Of a DNA stretch of 64,000 nt, positions 24,961-37,719 are shown one piece after another. This stretch comes from Mobula hypostoma (lineage: Eukaryota), in NCBI RefSeq assembly GCF_963921235.1, contig NC_086108.1:38814001-38878000 (forward strand), read 5' to 3'. A model generated the notes under the pieces. It did not search any database and was not told the DNA's origin. It saw only the letters and a list, made by a program, of their open reading frames with translations. Numbering within the stretch: position 1 is the stretch's first letter; each line of letters starts with the position of its first letter. The position numbers and the translations under genes are program-made.

Positions 24961-27154
24961 ATGACTTTATTAGACATTTATTGAGAGCAAGAAAATGCAA
25001 AAATATATAATTCACACATTATTAATACCTTTGTATGTGTTTTAATTAAATATTTCAGTTTTCATAATCAATAGAATAGAGAGAAACACGTTTCAGTGAA
25101 ATAGACTTTATTTAATTCTTACAGATACTAATTGAACAAATAGATTTTATATTGAAAGTGCGTATGCCTTTCTTTAAGAGTCAGTTTGGTATCAATATGA
25201 AGCTGACGTTGCTTTTTATCAGATTAATTTGTATTATTAAATAAATTTTGTAAGATCACCTATGGTGGTTCGTGCCCATTGCAATGAATGAATTTCATTT
25301 ATGAGAACTTCAGCTGGTACCAAATTCTATTTTGGACATCCAGCAACTTTCTTGGACACTGTATTATGGACATGGGATTCATTTTTGATCCCCGTAAAGG
25401 CTACACTCATCCTGTTCGGATATCCTTAAATAATTAGGAATTCTTTTCACTATCATGTCAGTGGATGTCATGCTGTCATGTCCCTTGTTTTCAAAGAAAG
25501 ACATCAAGTAAATCCATCATCAAAGCTGACACTAAAAACTGATTTGAATGTCCACTAATTATATCCTCATGCTCAATTTTTGTCAAGAATAATTTGACAA
25601 CGTCCCAAATCTAGCATTTAATTGTTTTTCCCTTCTGGATTATCTGACATGTCAGATTACTTTTATTTAATTTAACATGAAATAATCCATGTGGAAAAAA
25701 AATCTCGCCTGGAAAGCAAAACTGACTTTTTCTTAACCCCTGTGCCAATAATGCCAGGAGGATTCATCAATTTCAGAATAAGAAATATGGCAACTTGATT
25801 GCGAGCCTGCAGGTAGATCTGCTGCATTGATAATGTGAATTCTCACAAAAGAATTACATTAGAGTTTGAGCTATGAGCACAGCAGAAGAAAACTGAATTA
25901 TGTACATGGGCAGAGTATGAAGAGCACGCGTGCTAAATCTCCCAGTACTTCTCTATATGGGCACAGTCACTTTATACTGGCCTTGCTGTGACCTGGCAGC
26001 AGTCCAGCTCATTATTTTTGCATTTCAAAAGATATTTCAATCATCAACTTGAGCTTAAGTGCAGAGTAACCCTGCAATCTTCAGTTCTCATCACATATTC
26101 ATTTCTTCTATTTCATCAGCACAGCAAAAAGGGATATTAAAACACTTTTCCACAGATTCGATCTCTATTTTCTTTTAACCTGGAATGTAGGACAGTATGA
26201 ATTTTACTGAAAGTGCTTGGTGAACTAAAAATGTTTAAACTTTATTTAAAACATTGGTTGCAGTAACAGTTCAATTATACATTTTAAAAACAAATCTAGC
26301 CTTACACCCTAGATATTTGATATATAGTTTCTGGTCTCATGCTCTAATAATTGTTAATTTACATATACAAACAAATTTCTGAATGAATATTTTCCCCAAA
26401 TTGAATGCAATCATAAAAAAAGTTTCAATGGTATTGTTAGACCTCTCATAATTATTTATCTGCAGGTAATGATGCATGTTCTGTGTCATTACAGATAGTG
26501 TTATATAATGTTAATGTGTTAATAATAGATACAAAAATCGCCAGGCGTGAAAAACATAGTACTCCCTCAACAGTTCCAGAATTGCTGATTTTGGGGCATT
26601 GTGCGTGGCTGTGTTGCTTGATTCTGACCTGGGCTCTAATGCAAGGTCAACTCTTTATAATAGGCACTCACCACTTTCAGTTTTCGGCACAGAACATGCT
26701 GGCAGCCCCACAGTGCCACAGGCAGATGATCTGGAGCCAAGGGATTTTAAAAACATTGCTATTCATCCTCAAAGTCAATCTACAATTGAGATGGTTTGGA
26801 GGGAAGACCTGAAATAGACAAGGATTGAGAATCGCAGCAAATTGATGACAATGTTTTGAATGTTCTGTGCTGGATGCTCTCCAAAGAATGGGAGTCTTTT
26901 TTTTATGGCCAGAATGAACGACTGAGCAAAAGATGGAGGGTAGCAAGTGAGTAAATGGTGTCTCATCTGGGGCAATATGACAAAGATATTTGAAGGCTGG
27001 AAATTAAATGTGTTGTCATGGTTTCATCTAACAATATAGTATAGTCCACAATAAAAATTAAGCCTGAATCACTCTTAACCTGTTTCAGGGGACTGATAGG
27101 CTGCACTGTGCCAGCTATTGACAGCTTAAGTGGATGGGTGCTCATGATGAATTA

Positions 27155-30100
27155 GTCGTAGAGTCATAGAAATCTACAGCACAGAAATAGACCTTTTGGT
27201 CCATCTAGTCCATGACAAACCATTTAAACTGCACAGTCCCACTGACCTGCACCCAGACCATAGCCCTCCATAGCCCTCCCTCTCTTATCTATAATCTATG
27301 TACCATCACTTACATTGGCAGCTCATTCAACACTCTCACCACCCTCTGAGTGAAGAGGATTCCCCTAATGTTCCCTTTAAATATTTCAGCTTTCACCCTT
27401 AACCCATGACCTCTAGTTATAGTCTCACCAAAGTTCAGTGGAAAAAGCCTGCTTGCATTTACCCTATCTATACCCCTCATAATTTTGTATACCTCTAACA
27501 AATCACCCTCAATCTTCTATTATCCAGGGAATAAAATTCTAACATATTCAATCTTTCCTTATAACTCAGGTCCTCCAGTCCCAGCAACATCCTTGTACAT
27601 TTTCTCTATACTCTTCCAATCTTATTTACATCTTTCCTGTAAGTAGGTGACCAAAACTGCACACAATACTCCAAATTAGGCTGCATCAATGTCTTGTATA
27701 ACTTCAACATAACATCCCAACTCCTATACTCAATACTTTGATTTATGAAGGCCAATGTGCCAAAAGCTTTTTTATGACCCAATCTACTTATGATGTCACT
27801 TCCAGTGAATTATGGACCTGTATTCCCAGATCCCTTTATTCTATCACAGTCCTCAGTGCCATATCGCTCACTGTGTAAGACTTGCCCTGGTTGGTCCTTC
27901 CAAAGTCCTCACTCTTGTCTGCATTAAATTCCATTTTCAGCCTATTTTTCCAGCTGATAGTCTTCCTTGCTGTTCACTGCACCCTCAATCTTGGTGACAT
28001 CCGCAAATTTGCTGATCCAGTTAACTACATTATCATCCAAATCACTGGTACAGATAACAAACAACAATGGACACAGCACCATTTCCTGTGGCACTCCACC
28101 AGTCACAGGCCTTCAGTCAGAGAGGCAACCATCTACTACTACTTTCTGGCTTCCCTCACAAAATCAATGTCTAATCCAATTTACTATCTCATTCTGAATG
28201 CTGAGTGACTGAACCTTCTTAGCCAACCTCCCATGTGGGACTTTGTCAAATGCCTTGCTGAAGCTCATGTGGACAACATCCAGTACCTTGCCTTCATTAA
28301 CTTTACTGGTAACTTCCTCAAAAAAAACTCTATAAGTTTGTTTGGACATGACCTACTGTGCACAAAGTCATGGTGACTATCCCTCAACAGACCCTGTATA
28401 TCCAAATAGTCATATATCCTGTCCTTTAGAATACCTTCCAGTAATTTTCCCTCGACTGATGTCAGACTCACGGGCCTAAAATTTCCTGTTTTATTCTTAG
28501 AGCCTTTCTTCAAAAGCGGAAAAAAACTTTAGCTATCCTCTAATCCTCCAGTACCTCACCTGTCACTATAAGGATGATTTAAATATCTCTGCTAGGGCCC
28601 CTACAATTTCTGCACTTGCTCTTACAGGGTCAGAGGAAACATCCTGTCAGGCCCTGAAAATTTATCAACCGAATTTTTCTGAAGACCTCGAACATCTCCT
28701 CCTGTGTAATCTGTATAAGATCTATGACCTCGCTGCTGCTTTTCTTCACTTCTATAGACTCTGTCCGTCTCCTGAGTAAATACAGATGAAAAATAATCCA
28801 TTTAAGATCTCCCCCCATTTCTTTTGGCTCCATGAATAGAATAGCATTCTGATCTTCTAGAGGACCAATTTTGTCTCTTGCAATCCCTTTGCTCCTAACA
28901 TATCTGCAGAATCCCTGAGGATTCTCCTTCACCTTGTCTGCTAGGGAACCTCATGCCTTCTTTTAGTCCTCCTGATTTCTTTAGGTGTTCGCTTGTATTT
29001 CTTATACTCCGCAAATACCTTATTTGTTTGTATCTGCCTACACCTGTTACGCACCTCCTTTTATTTTCTTAACCAGGGCTTGACTACCTCTTGAAAACCA
29101 TGCTACTCTAAAACCTGTTATCCTTGCCTTTTATTCTGACAGGCACATACAAGCTTTGTACTCTCAAAATTTCACTTTTGAAAGCCTCCTGCTTACCCAA
29201 GTATACCTTTGCTAGAAAACAACCTGTCCTAATCCGCACTTGGCGGATCCTTTCTGATATGATCAAAACTGGCCTTTCTCCGATTTAGAATCTCAATCTA
29301 AGGACCAGACCCATCTTTTTTCCATAATTACACTGAAACTCATTACATTATGATCACTAGGTGCAAAATGAACCCCTAGACAAACTTCTGTCAACTGCCC
29401 TGTTTCATTCCCAAAAAGGAGATCAAGTATTGCACATTTTCTCATTGGGACCTCTATGTCCAGATTAAGGAAACTTCCCTGAACACATTTGACAAACTCC
29501 ATCCCATCTAGTCCTTTTACAGTATGGGAGTTGCAGTCTATATGTGGAAAGTTAAAATCACCTACTATCACAACCTTATGTTTCTTGCAACAGTCTGCAA
29601 TCTCTCTACAAATTTGTTCCTCTAAATCCCACAGACTGTTGGGTGGCCTATAGTATCACCCCATTAACACCATCATGCCTTTCTTATTCCTCGGTTCCAC
29701 CAATAAAGCCTCACTATACAAATTCTCCAGTCTGTCATGACTGAGCACTGCCATGACATTTTCCCAGACTAGTAACACCACCCTTCCCACTTTAATCCTT
29801 CCCGCTCTATCACATCTGAAACAATGGAACTCCAGAATACTGAGCTGCCAGTCTTGCCCCTGCTGCAACCAAGTCTCACTAATGGCTGTAACAGGTATCA
29901 TAATTCCATGTGTTGATCCGTGCTCTAAGCTCACTTTCCTACAAAACCTCTTGCATTGAAGTATACACAACTCAGAACATTAGTTACACCATGTTCAACG
30001 TTTAAGTTCTTGACGTTGTCTAAGGTCTTAACGACATCTGTCTCCGCAACCACTCTACTATCTGTACTGGCAATGCGGTTATCACACCCCACCCCCTGCA

Positions 30101-30210
30101 ACTCTAGTTTAAAGCCCCAGTGTGCAGTACTAGCAAACCTTCCCACTAGGGTATTAGTCCCCTCCAATTTAGATGCAAACCATTTCTTCTGTACAGGTCC
30201 CACCTTTGGT
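27155..30210 (-). mobile_element. Older CR1 LINE, decayed ORF1 end + ORF2
   Basis: CVYFNAR, VGDFNFP, NFRPVSLTS, FSKAFDKVPHGRL, FTQRVVRV; tagagtcatagaa tail. Confidence 0.9.
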
Positions 30211-31699
30211 CACTGTCACCACATCATCTGTGTAAACATTCAAATTTGGCAAGAATAAATACCAGTTATGTTGTTGTCTCAGGCTAGCTGAACCTGGCAC
30301 ATTTTTAGGCTAGGAGTGAAGTAAATGCTTATTTTCATATTGACCTGTAAGAGAGGGCTGTCGTTAACCACAAGGCTGCCTTTGCAGGCAGGAGGGTGAT
30401 GCTTACAAAGATATGATCCAGCATGCTGTACTTGAAGGGGATGGAGATTGTAGACACAGCTGATGCTGAGAATAAGCCTATCATCAAGTATCCTTTACCT
30501 CGCATTTTTATTTTCATATTCATTTCTTTGACATGAAAATATTGTACCATTGCAGCCAAAAGCTATAATCTCTTGCCATGTTGAGACATGCTTGATGAGG
30601 TGAGCTATTGAAAGAAAAGAAAACTATTCTCCACTTACAGTTGCTCAAGGAGCAGAGATGACAGAATTTAGCACTGCTGTGGCAATGACTAATACAGGCT
30701 CCTGAGCGCTCTTGTCCAAGTTAAACCTCAATGTTTTCTATGTTTGATTTCCTTTCAGTTTTGTTTACACAATTTGTTTTATTTTCTGCATATTGGGTGT
30801 TAGATGGTCTTTTTTAAATGGGTTCTATTGAGTTTCGTTTTTTTGTGGCTGCCTGTAAGGAGACAAATCTCAAGGCCATATATAGAATATATATAGTTTG
30901 ATAATAAGTGTACTTCGAAGTTTGGTTTCTTCCCATATCTCATGGATGTGTTAATTGGTATTGTAATTGGCCATTCTAAATTTCACCTCATGTAGTAATA
31001 TTTGTTAGGACTTGAGAAGGTAAGGAGGATAGAATGAAATAGGATGTGTGTTTGACAATCAGCGTGAACTGGGTGAGCCAAAGGACCCCTTTCTATGCTG
31101 CCTATCTCCACGAGCTGTTAACATCTGTGGTTGCGAGGTATTGTGATATTCTGCAGCTTTTGTGCATCCTAAAAGCTCTTCAAATAACACCAGAACATCT
31201 GTAGGACAAAGGGAATTATGGAAACTGCAGATATTGAGCGTCATGTATATGGTGTTTTGGGGTAGCAGCTAGTTCTGTACAGGAACAGATTTATCACTGG
31301 GATGTTGGCACACATGAAGTCTTCAGTTTAGAACACTCCCCAGACTGGGAATCCCTGCTGCACACAAGAATTGAAAGGCTCTTTTATGTCACAGGCTGCT
31401 TTCTAGCATTCTTTATTACTGTGTCGGTGCCCTGACTGATGCAAATGAGCACAGCGACAGAGACCTCTTGTGTTGACTGCAGACATGAAAGCTATTATGC
31501 AGCTGTTAACTTTACAGACTTAACCCAGGGCTGTCATTGTCCTGGAAGTGGTGCCAAAGCCTGGGCATGGTTTATAGGACCCCTACATGTTTCTGAATCA
31601 AATCTAAAAACAGCAGGCTCCTGAATTCACTGGAAAGATACCAATATCTGTATATGCGCAAAATCCTCCAAATTCACTGGAAGAATAAGCAGACTAATG

Positions 31700-32160
31700 T
31701 GAGCGTCCGTGCCCGGCCAACATGTCCTACATTGAGTCTCTAGTTACTCTCAGTCTGCTATGTTGGGCAGGCCAAGTCATTCCCATGCCTGACTCCAGAC
31801 TCCCATAATGCACTACTCCTTTTTCTTCCTGACATGTGAGGAGATGAGCAGCTGAATAGAGGAAAGGATTCAAGGCTGTGCTCAAATCTTCCTTCATGAA
31901 GTGCAGCACCCTGCCTTGCCCCTGGCCCAAGACCTCCTTAAGTGGAGAGGGTCCTGTTGGGATGTTATTGAGAACCTCGAGGCCAAGCATCAGGGACACA
32001 CAGGAGCCTTTCGGAAGGATTGCTTCACCTCAGTCACTCACCAAGCTCACCTATAGAAGAGTCTGCAGTTCCTGCATTAATCTCATCAGACATCTCAGAA
32101 CCCATGAAACCAGAGTGGATGTAAATTGTCCTTGATTCTGAGGGCCTGCCTGAAAGACTA
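31700..32160 (+). mobile_element. RTE-clade LINE 3' fragment
   Basis: Decayed LCWAGQVIPMPDSRLP and RKGFKAVLKSSFMKC (compare RWAGHV.RM.D.RLPK), plus C-terminal CSSCINLIRHLRTH. Confidence 0.75.
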
Positions 32161-32326
32161 GTGTAGTACTGTATATGGACTAACTTAATCAAATGTTACT
32201 TCCTAAAAAAGTGCATACTTTTAAGTGAACTCCTTGCAATTTGAAATCAAAGGGCTTGCTTGCTTTCCTGTAACTTGTGATCATGTTTGACGACTAACTT
32301 GGTCTTTCTTTTGCTTGCTTCCTTAG

Positions 32327-32911
32327 GTTTATGTTTTGCTGCAATTCTTAACAAGTGCCTCTCCAGTCCTTGCAAAAACAATGCGACCTGCGAGGACCTT
32401 ATTGATGACTATATTTGCCACTGTCCAATGATACCTGTGGCATTCACAGGAAAGAACTGTGAGGAACTGTTCGATGTTTGTACAGCATATCCCTGTCAAC
32501 ACAATGCAACATGCAAGAGCATTTTGGGTACCGCTGACTTCTCTTGTGATTGCCCTCCCGATCGTACTGGGACCAGCTGCGAAAGTTACATTAACAAGTG
32601 TGCCAGCGCTCCCTGCTTGAATGGTGCCATCTGTTTGCACAATGCCACTGGCTATAGCTGTGTTTGCCCTCCAGGTTACACTGGCACTGACTGTGGAACC
32701 AGTGTGAATGAATGTGCACCAAATCCATGTGAAAACGGAGCTGTGTGTAAGGACAAGCTTAATGGATTTTCCTGCTTCTGTGTGCCTGGCTACCAGGGCA
32801 AACTGTGTGAGATTGAAGTCAATGAGTGTGCTTCAGAACCCTGCAGAAATGAATCTACCTGCATGAATGGAATTGACAAGTACACCTGCATCTGCCCACC
32901 TGGCTTGACAG
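32327..32911 (+). CDS. CRB1: Crumbs homolog coding exon (exon 2 equivalent), 5 EGF-like repeats
   Basis: Acceptor cttgcttccttag| and donor aca g|gtaaaa, phase 1/1, 585 nt. Reads LCFAAILNKCLSSPCKNNATC...CFCVPGYQGKLCEIEVNECASEPCRNESTC...YTCICPPGLT. The CFCVPGYQG motif and the size match my recollection of CRB1 exon 2. Confidence 0.9.
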
Positions 32912-33009
32912 GTAAAAAGCACGTTCTGGGTTTGTCTGAGCATCACTTGATAAATCACCTACAAGGGACAAATAAACTCTTCCAACTGAGTATAGGTCAA
33001 TTTTAATCA

Positions 33010-33396
33010 AAGTTTCGACGACAGACTCGGCCATCTTCATTGGGGATGGTGCCTAGCCACATATAGACAATGGTATAGTTACCCTCATTATCCATTCCAC
33101 TGTCCTACCTTGTTTACAATTGAATTCCAGTTCTTTCTTAATCACCTTTGTTAAAATTAGTTTTCTCTAGTTTTAGTTCAATGACTCCCTTCACCAGGTG
33201 TTCACAAAAGCCACTGGCATGACACAGTAGTTTTGTGCCATCAAAGTCAATCCTATGGCCATTGCAAATGCAGTGATCTGCTACTGCCAATTTCTCTGGG
33301 TAACCCCAAACCGATACACAATTACAGCGTATATCGGCCAGAAGTACCCACAGCACGGAGCGCAAGAGGTGTATCTGTTAGGGTTACCCAGAGAAA
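33010..33396 (-). mobile_element. Penelope-like GIY-YIG fragment (second family) with inverted piece
   Basis: Minus strand GYPEKLAVADHCICNGHRIDFDGTKLL...IELKLEKTNFNKGD; plus strand AYIGQ at about 33327. Confidence 0.7.
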
Positions 33397-34119
33397 CAAT
33401 TTCATCCAACGTCTTGCTTGCTGGCTTTTCAGGAGTTACTAAGTTGCATAAGAGCTTGTGCGTTTTAACACCAATTAAGCTCAGAAGAGTGGCGGCTTTC
33501 TTTACCTCATCCGCATTACAATGCAGTTCAACCCTCTTGGCATACGATTTCCAGTTCTCATTATTCATCAACTTTCCGGACTAAGAACACCATCACATCA
33601 TTTTCACTTTAACTTATCTTGTTGTGCGTCTCTCACCATGTATCACACACTATTACACCCACATACCTTCGCCGAACTGATTCACTATTTCCTCTCACTG
33701 TCTCTCTCCGAGTTCTGTCCTCTCGTAACAGTCGGTGCATTTGGTATGTCCTTGCTCTTTCTCCACACTTCTGAAAACGTTAATCCATGTCCATGTTACA
33801 ATATGTGGTTTGGACTGAAGGAAAAAAAAAAGTGGCTGAAGTCGCTTAGCACTTTCATGCAAGGGCATTTATAATGTGTGTCAAAAATCAAACTTACAAA
33901 AATTAGTGAAAAGAAAACAACCAATATTTACAGAAAGATTTCTACCGGAAAATACAATAAATAGCTCCATACTTTGTCCAGTGTGAACTTTGGCAGCTCT
34001 TTCTCTTCCCGCTACTGAAAGTGATCTGCACTTTTTTTAGACACCAGGATATACCACCTTTAATTACCTACAAAGTTAACGTAAGACTACACACAGATTA
34101 AAATACAATGCACCCCACA
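33397..34119 (-). mobile_element. Gypsy LTR-retrotransposon 5' remnant (putative LTR about 33794-34119 and gag N-terminus)
   Basis: NENWKSYAKRVELHCNADEVKKAATLLSLIGVKTHKLLCNLVTPEKPASKTLDEIV is typical of Gypsy gag N-termini; upstream block is TG...CA bounded. Confidence 0.65.
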
Positions 34120-34794
34120 ATGTAGTCGCAATCATATTACCAAATCAACAGAAGTATCTACCTTAAATGCAGTATACGAACAATACACACATTTACACAT
34201 CCCCATTACTAAAGAAATTGATTATTTCATCGTGTATGGAGGGAAGGGCACCATGAAGCCAAACCCTTTAGGACCTATTATTGGAATATATTGGGGAAGA
34301 CATTGAGTGTGCATACTCAAGTCAACCACAGCAGCATGACAAGGGAGTGGGTGGGTGTGAGTGTGCGTGTGTGCGCGGTTGTAAATGTAAGGAGTGTGTT
34401 TATCTAGCACTCGCTGTCACAGTCCAATTGCCTTTTTAGAGCTAATATTGAATCTCTTTCCATTATTCCATCAAGCGCTGCATTCCATATCAACTTTAGT
34501 GCAGTACCTTATGAAACCTCTATGCATTGTATCGACGCCCAGTCTGGAGGCTTGATATATTTAAAGCACAGTGGAAGATCAATTGTTAATGAAGATTACC
34601 ATGTTTAGTCACTCAGATCATAGATATTCAAACTTTCTCTTATTTGGAACCTTGAGGATTTTTTAAAATTTAATTCTATTGGGACTGCAGGCAGGATCTG
34701 CCATTCTCTTCGTTATTTTAGGAATGTATCATCAGACGATAATAGCTAAAAAGCATTAAAAGGCAATACAAAACTTTGTGACATTCAAATGATG

Positions 34795-35285
34795 TCATTT
34801 AGCTAGAAAAGATGTAAAAAAGATTCATAAGCATGTTATCAGGACTGAAGGGTTTGAGGTACGAGGAGAGTCTGAATACGCTGGGGCATAGTTTCCTCAG
34901 TATAGAAGGCTGAGAGGTGATCTTGTAGACTAAACCAAGAGGCATAGGTAAGATGAATGGTTACTATCTTTTCCCACCTGGATAGGAGAGCCAGAAATTC
35001 GAGGGCATAGATTTAAGGTGAGAGGGAAATGATTTAAAGGAAAGCCGAGGGGTAATTTTATCTACACAGAGGCTGGTATGTATGTGGAATGAGTTGCCAG
35101 AGGAAAAGCTGGAGGTTGTCACAATTACAAAGTTTAAAAGACATTTGAATGGGTATAAGGATACAAAAGGTTTATGGCCAAGCAGAGGCAATTGAGACAA
35201 ATGGGATTCCTGTTCGCAATTTGGTCAGCTTGGAAGTGTTATTTGAACAGATTTTAGGAATTAACTTTTTGTGTGCTGTATAACT
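34795..35285 (+). mobile_element. Old CR1 3' fragment
   Basis: gaaggctgagaggtgatctt, gagggcatagatttaaggtgagaggg, acacagaggctggt. Confidence 0.75.
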
Positions 35286-36332
35286 CTGATTTCAAAAATA
35301 AAGAGTATTGGAAAGGAATTTACTGCTACATTTAGAATCACATGGTAATGCATGATGTTCCTCATCCCCATGGCACACCCCAGTAATTGTCTGTTGTCAG
35401 TGATTAATTCTGGTTGAAAGGAGCCTAGGGTAGAGTTTACGCCTTCATTCTTGTGACTCTATTTGTAACTAAGCCCATATTCATCATTTTCCATCAAGAA
35501 TGCAGGATCCCTTCAGTTAACCTGGTATCTTACAATAAATACTTCAAAAAAAAAATGAGAGAAGAAAAGAGAATAATTTATTTATTCCAGTTACAAATTC
35601 ACTAAGGTGCACATTTTTAACTCGGTCGAAGGCAGCATATAAATGCAGGTGGTCACAGAAAGCATACCATTTAGCAAATGGAATATTGATTCTGGAAGTT
35701 AATGCATGTGAACAAAACTCCAGCAACAGTACACCAAGGCTTGCCTATTATCATGAAATGAATTGCACATTTTAAGCGTTGACAAATTATACAAACTTCA
35801 AGGAGCAAAGATAATACAGCAGCTAAGGGCAAACCAGGTGTATGGGTTTCAAAGACTCAAAATGTAGCTGGTGTATAATGAATATGCTCATTTCAATGAA
35901 GCTAGAACTGATGAGGATGTTGCGTAAGCTAATATAATTAAAATAAAGCATATTTAGAGCTATGGCCATATTTGCATTTTATGTGTCACTGAATCTACAT
36001 GGATAGGAAATTACCTCATACAAATTATATACAATTGTTGCTAATTTGGTGCATTAAGACAGAATTTTAAGTATCTTATATTTTCTTTGTTCAATGCTGC
36101 TATTTTTCTGGTAAGTACCAAGAGTGTCTGTCACCCTGGTCCCTGAGGCACAGTCATAATAATTTAGCTTACGTGAATGAGAATAAAAGAGAAAAAAACA
36201 CCTCAAGGTTCTGAACAGGATCTTTACCGGGGACACAGAGCCACATATTTGGTCAGATAACCTCAATCTTGGTCAATGAAGTTAGACAAGAACCAAAGAG
36301 ATATTCAGGTCGGGATTTGACATAGGACACAA

Positions 36333-36940
36333 CACATAGAACAGTACAGCACAGAAACAGGCCCTTCAGCCCTCAATATCTGCATCCAACAAGATGCCAA
36401 ATTAAAGGAGTTAAACTACATCCCTCCATTCCTAAATGTTTAAGTGTTTAACAGCCTCTTAAATGCTGTTGTCACATCTACCTCTACCAGTCCCTCCAAC
36501 AGCTCATTCTGAGTATCTACCATTCTCTGTATGAAATAAAACCGTGTCCACATATCCTCTTTAACTTCCCTTCTCAACTTAAATCAAGGGTTCCTAACCT
36601 GGCGCTCACAGGCCCCTTGATTAATAGTAGGGGTCCAAAAGATTGTGAACCCCTGACTTAAATGTATGTCCTCTTGTACTTGACATTTCTACTCTGAGAA
36701 TAACTATTTTGACTGACCACCTTGTCTATGTGTCTTATAATCTTAGAAACTTCTAGCAGGTACTCCAGAGAAAACAACTCATGTCTGACAAACTTCTCAT
36801 TTTAGCTCATACCTTTTAATCCGGACAGCATCTAGCTAAAACTGATCTGCACTTTTCCAAAGTATCCACATCCTTCCTGGTCTCGGGCAACCAGATTTCA
36901 CACAATGCTCCAAATGTTGCCCAGCAAAGTTCTATGTAGA
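36333..36940 (-). mobile_element. Old CR1 3' fragment
   Basis: catagaacagtacagcacagaaacaggcccttcagccc tail. Confidence 0.75.
36585..36655. mobile_element. hAT-type MITE, 71 bp
   Basis: TIRs caagggttc...gaacccctg; perfect 8-bp TSD acttaaat (36577-36584, 36656-36663). Confidence 0.85.
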
Positions 36941-37719
36941 TCTTTGGGCTTGTGCTTCAGGATGGGGATGGGGTGTGTGGATTGAAGGCAGGGATATCAA
37001 TGATGAAGAAATTAAATTCAGAGATGCCAAGGAGCTGGAACTAGAAAAGTGGATTCACTTCTGGAGAGTATTGAAATTTGGATGTTGGGTGAGATGAGTG
37101 TGCATTAGGCTCTGCAGCAATTTATGGGAAGTAATTATGACTTTGATTAATTATGTCAAATGGATGACAATAGTAACACTCAGTCGTACATCATATCCCA
37201 ATCTAAGTTTCCATTTACTGCCTATTGTCACATTTCATTGAACATTGGATTGGAGCTCATTGGTCTAGTGACCCACCTGGAATCTCTATCCATGGTCGCT
37301 CACACAGCTGCACACATCCAGATATAGGGGCCAATTCCTGCAATTGTTTACTTCCTAGAGAAGAGCAGGGTGATTTCAGTCACATCAGAACCTCTGATTG
37401 TGCCGTGAGGAGATCAAGCTCCGGAAACATGCCGGAAAGCTTTGAAAATCATCAAAGCCCCAATGTCAGCATTCAGAGACATGTAAAAGGTATCAGCTGA
37501 AGGCAAAAGCTAAAATTAGCAGTTTTTTTTTAAATGTTGTTTAATAAGAATATTTATATTTTTCTAACAATCAGAAGCAGAATTAAAAGCAAGCCATTTC
37601 TCTGAAAACAAAATGAAACTTGGCTTCTGATAACCAAAATCCTCACTGCCCCCCTTTGAAATCAAGAGGATCTTGGATCTCAGGTGATTCTGAACTGCTG
37701 CAGGATCTGCATTAAGTAT

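Noticed and set aside
25642..25657. Perfect 16-bp palindrome atctgacatgtcagat
   Set aside because: About one is expected by chance in 64 kb.
26874..26946. Phase-1 ORF MLSKEWESFF...RVA before a gtgagt donor as exon 1
   Set aside because: Hydrophilic; cannot supply a signal peptide.
32912..33006. Read-through extensions of the EGF ORFs past the exon ends (also after 58376 and 62735)
   Set aside because: Canonical donors and matching phases explain the exon ends; the extensions lack domain signal.
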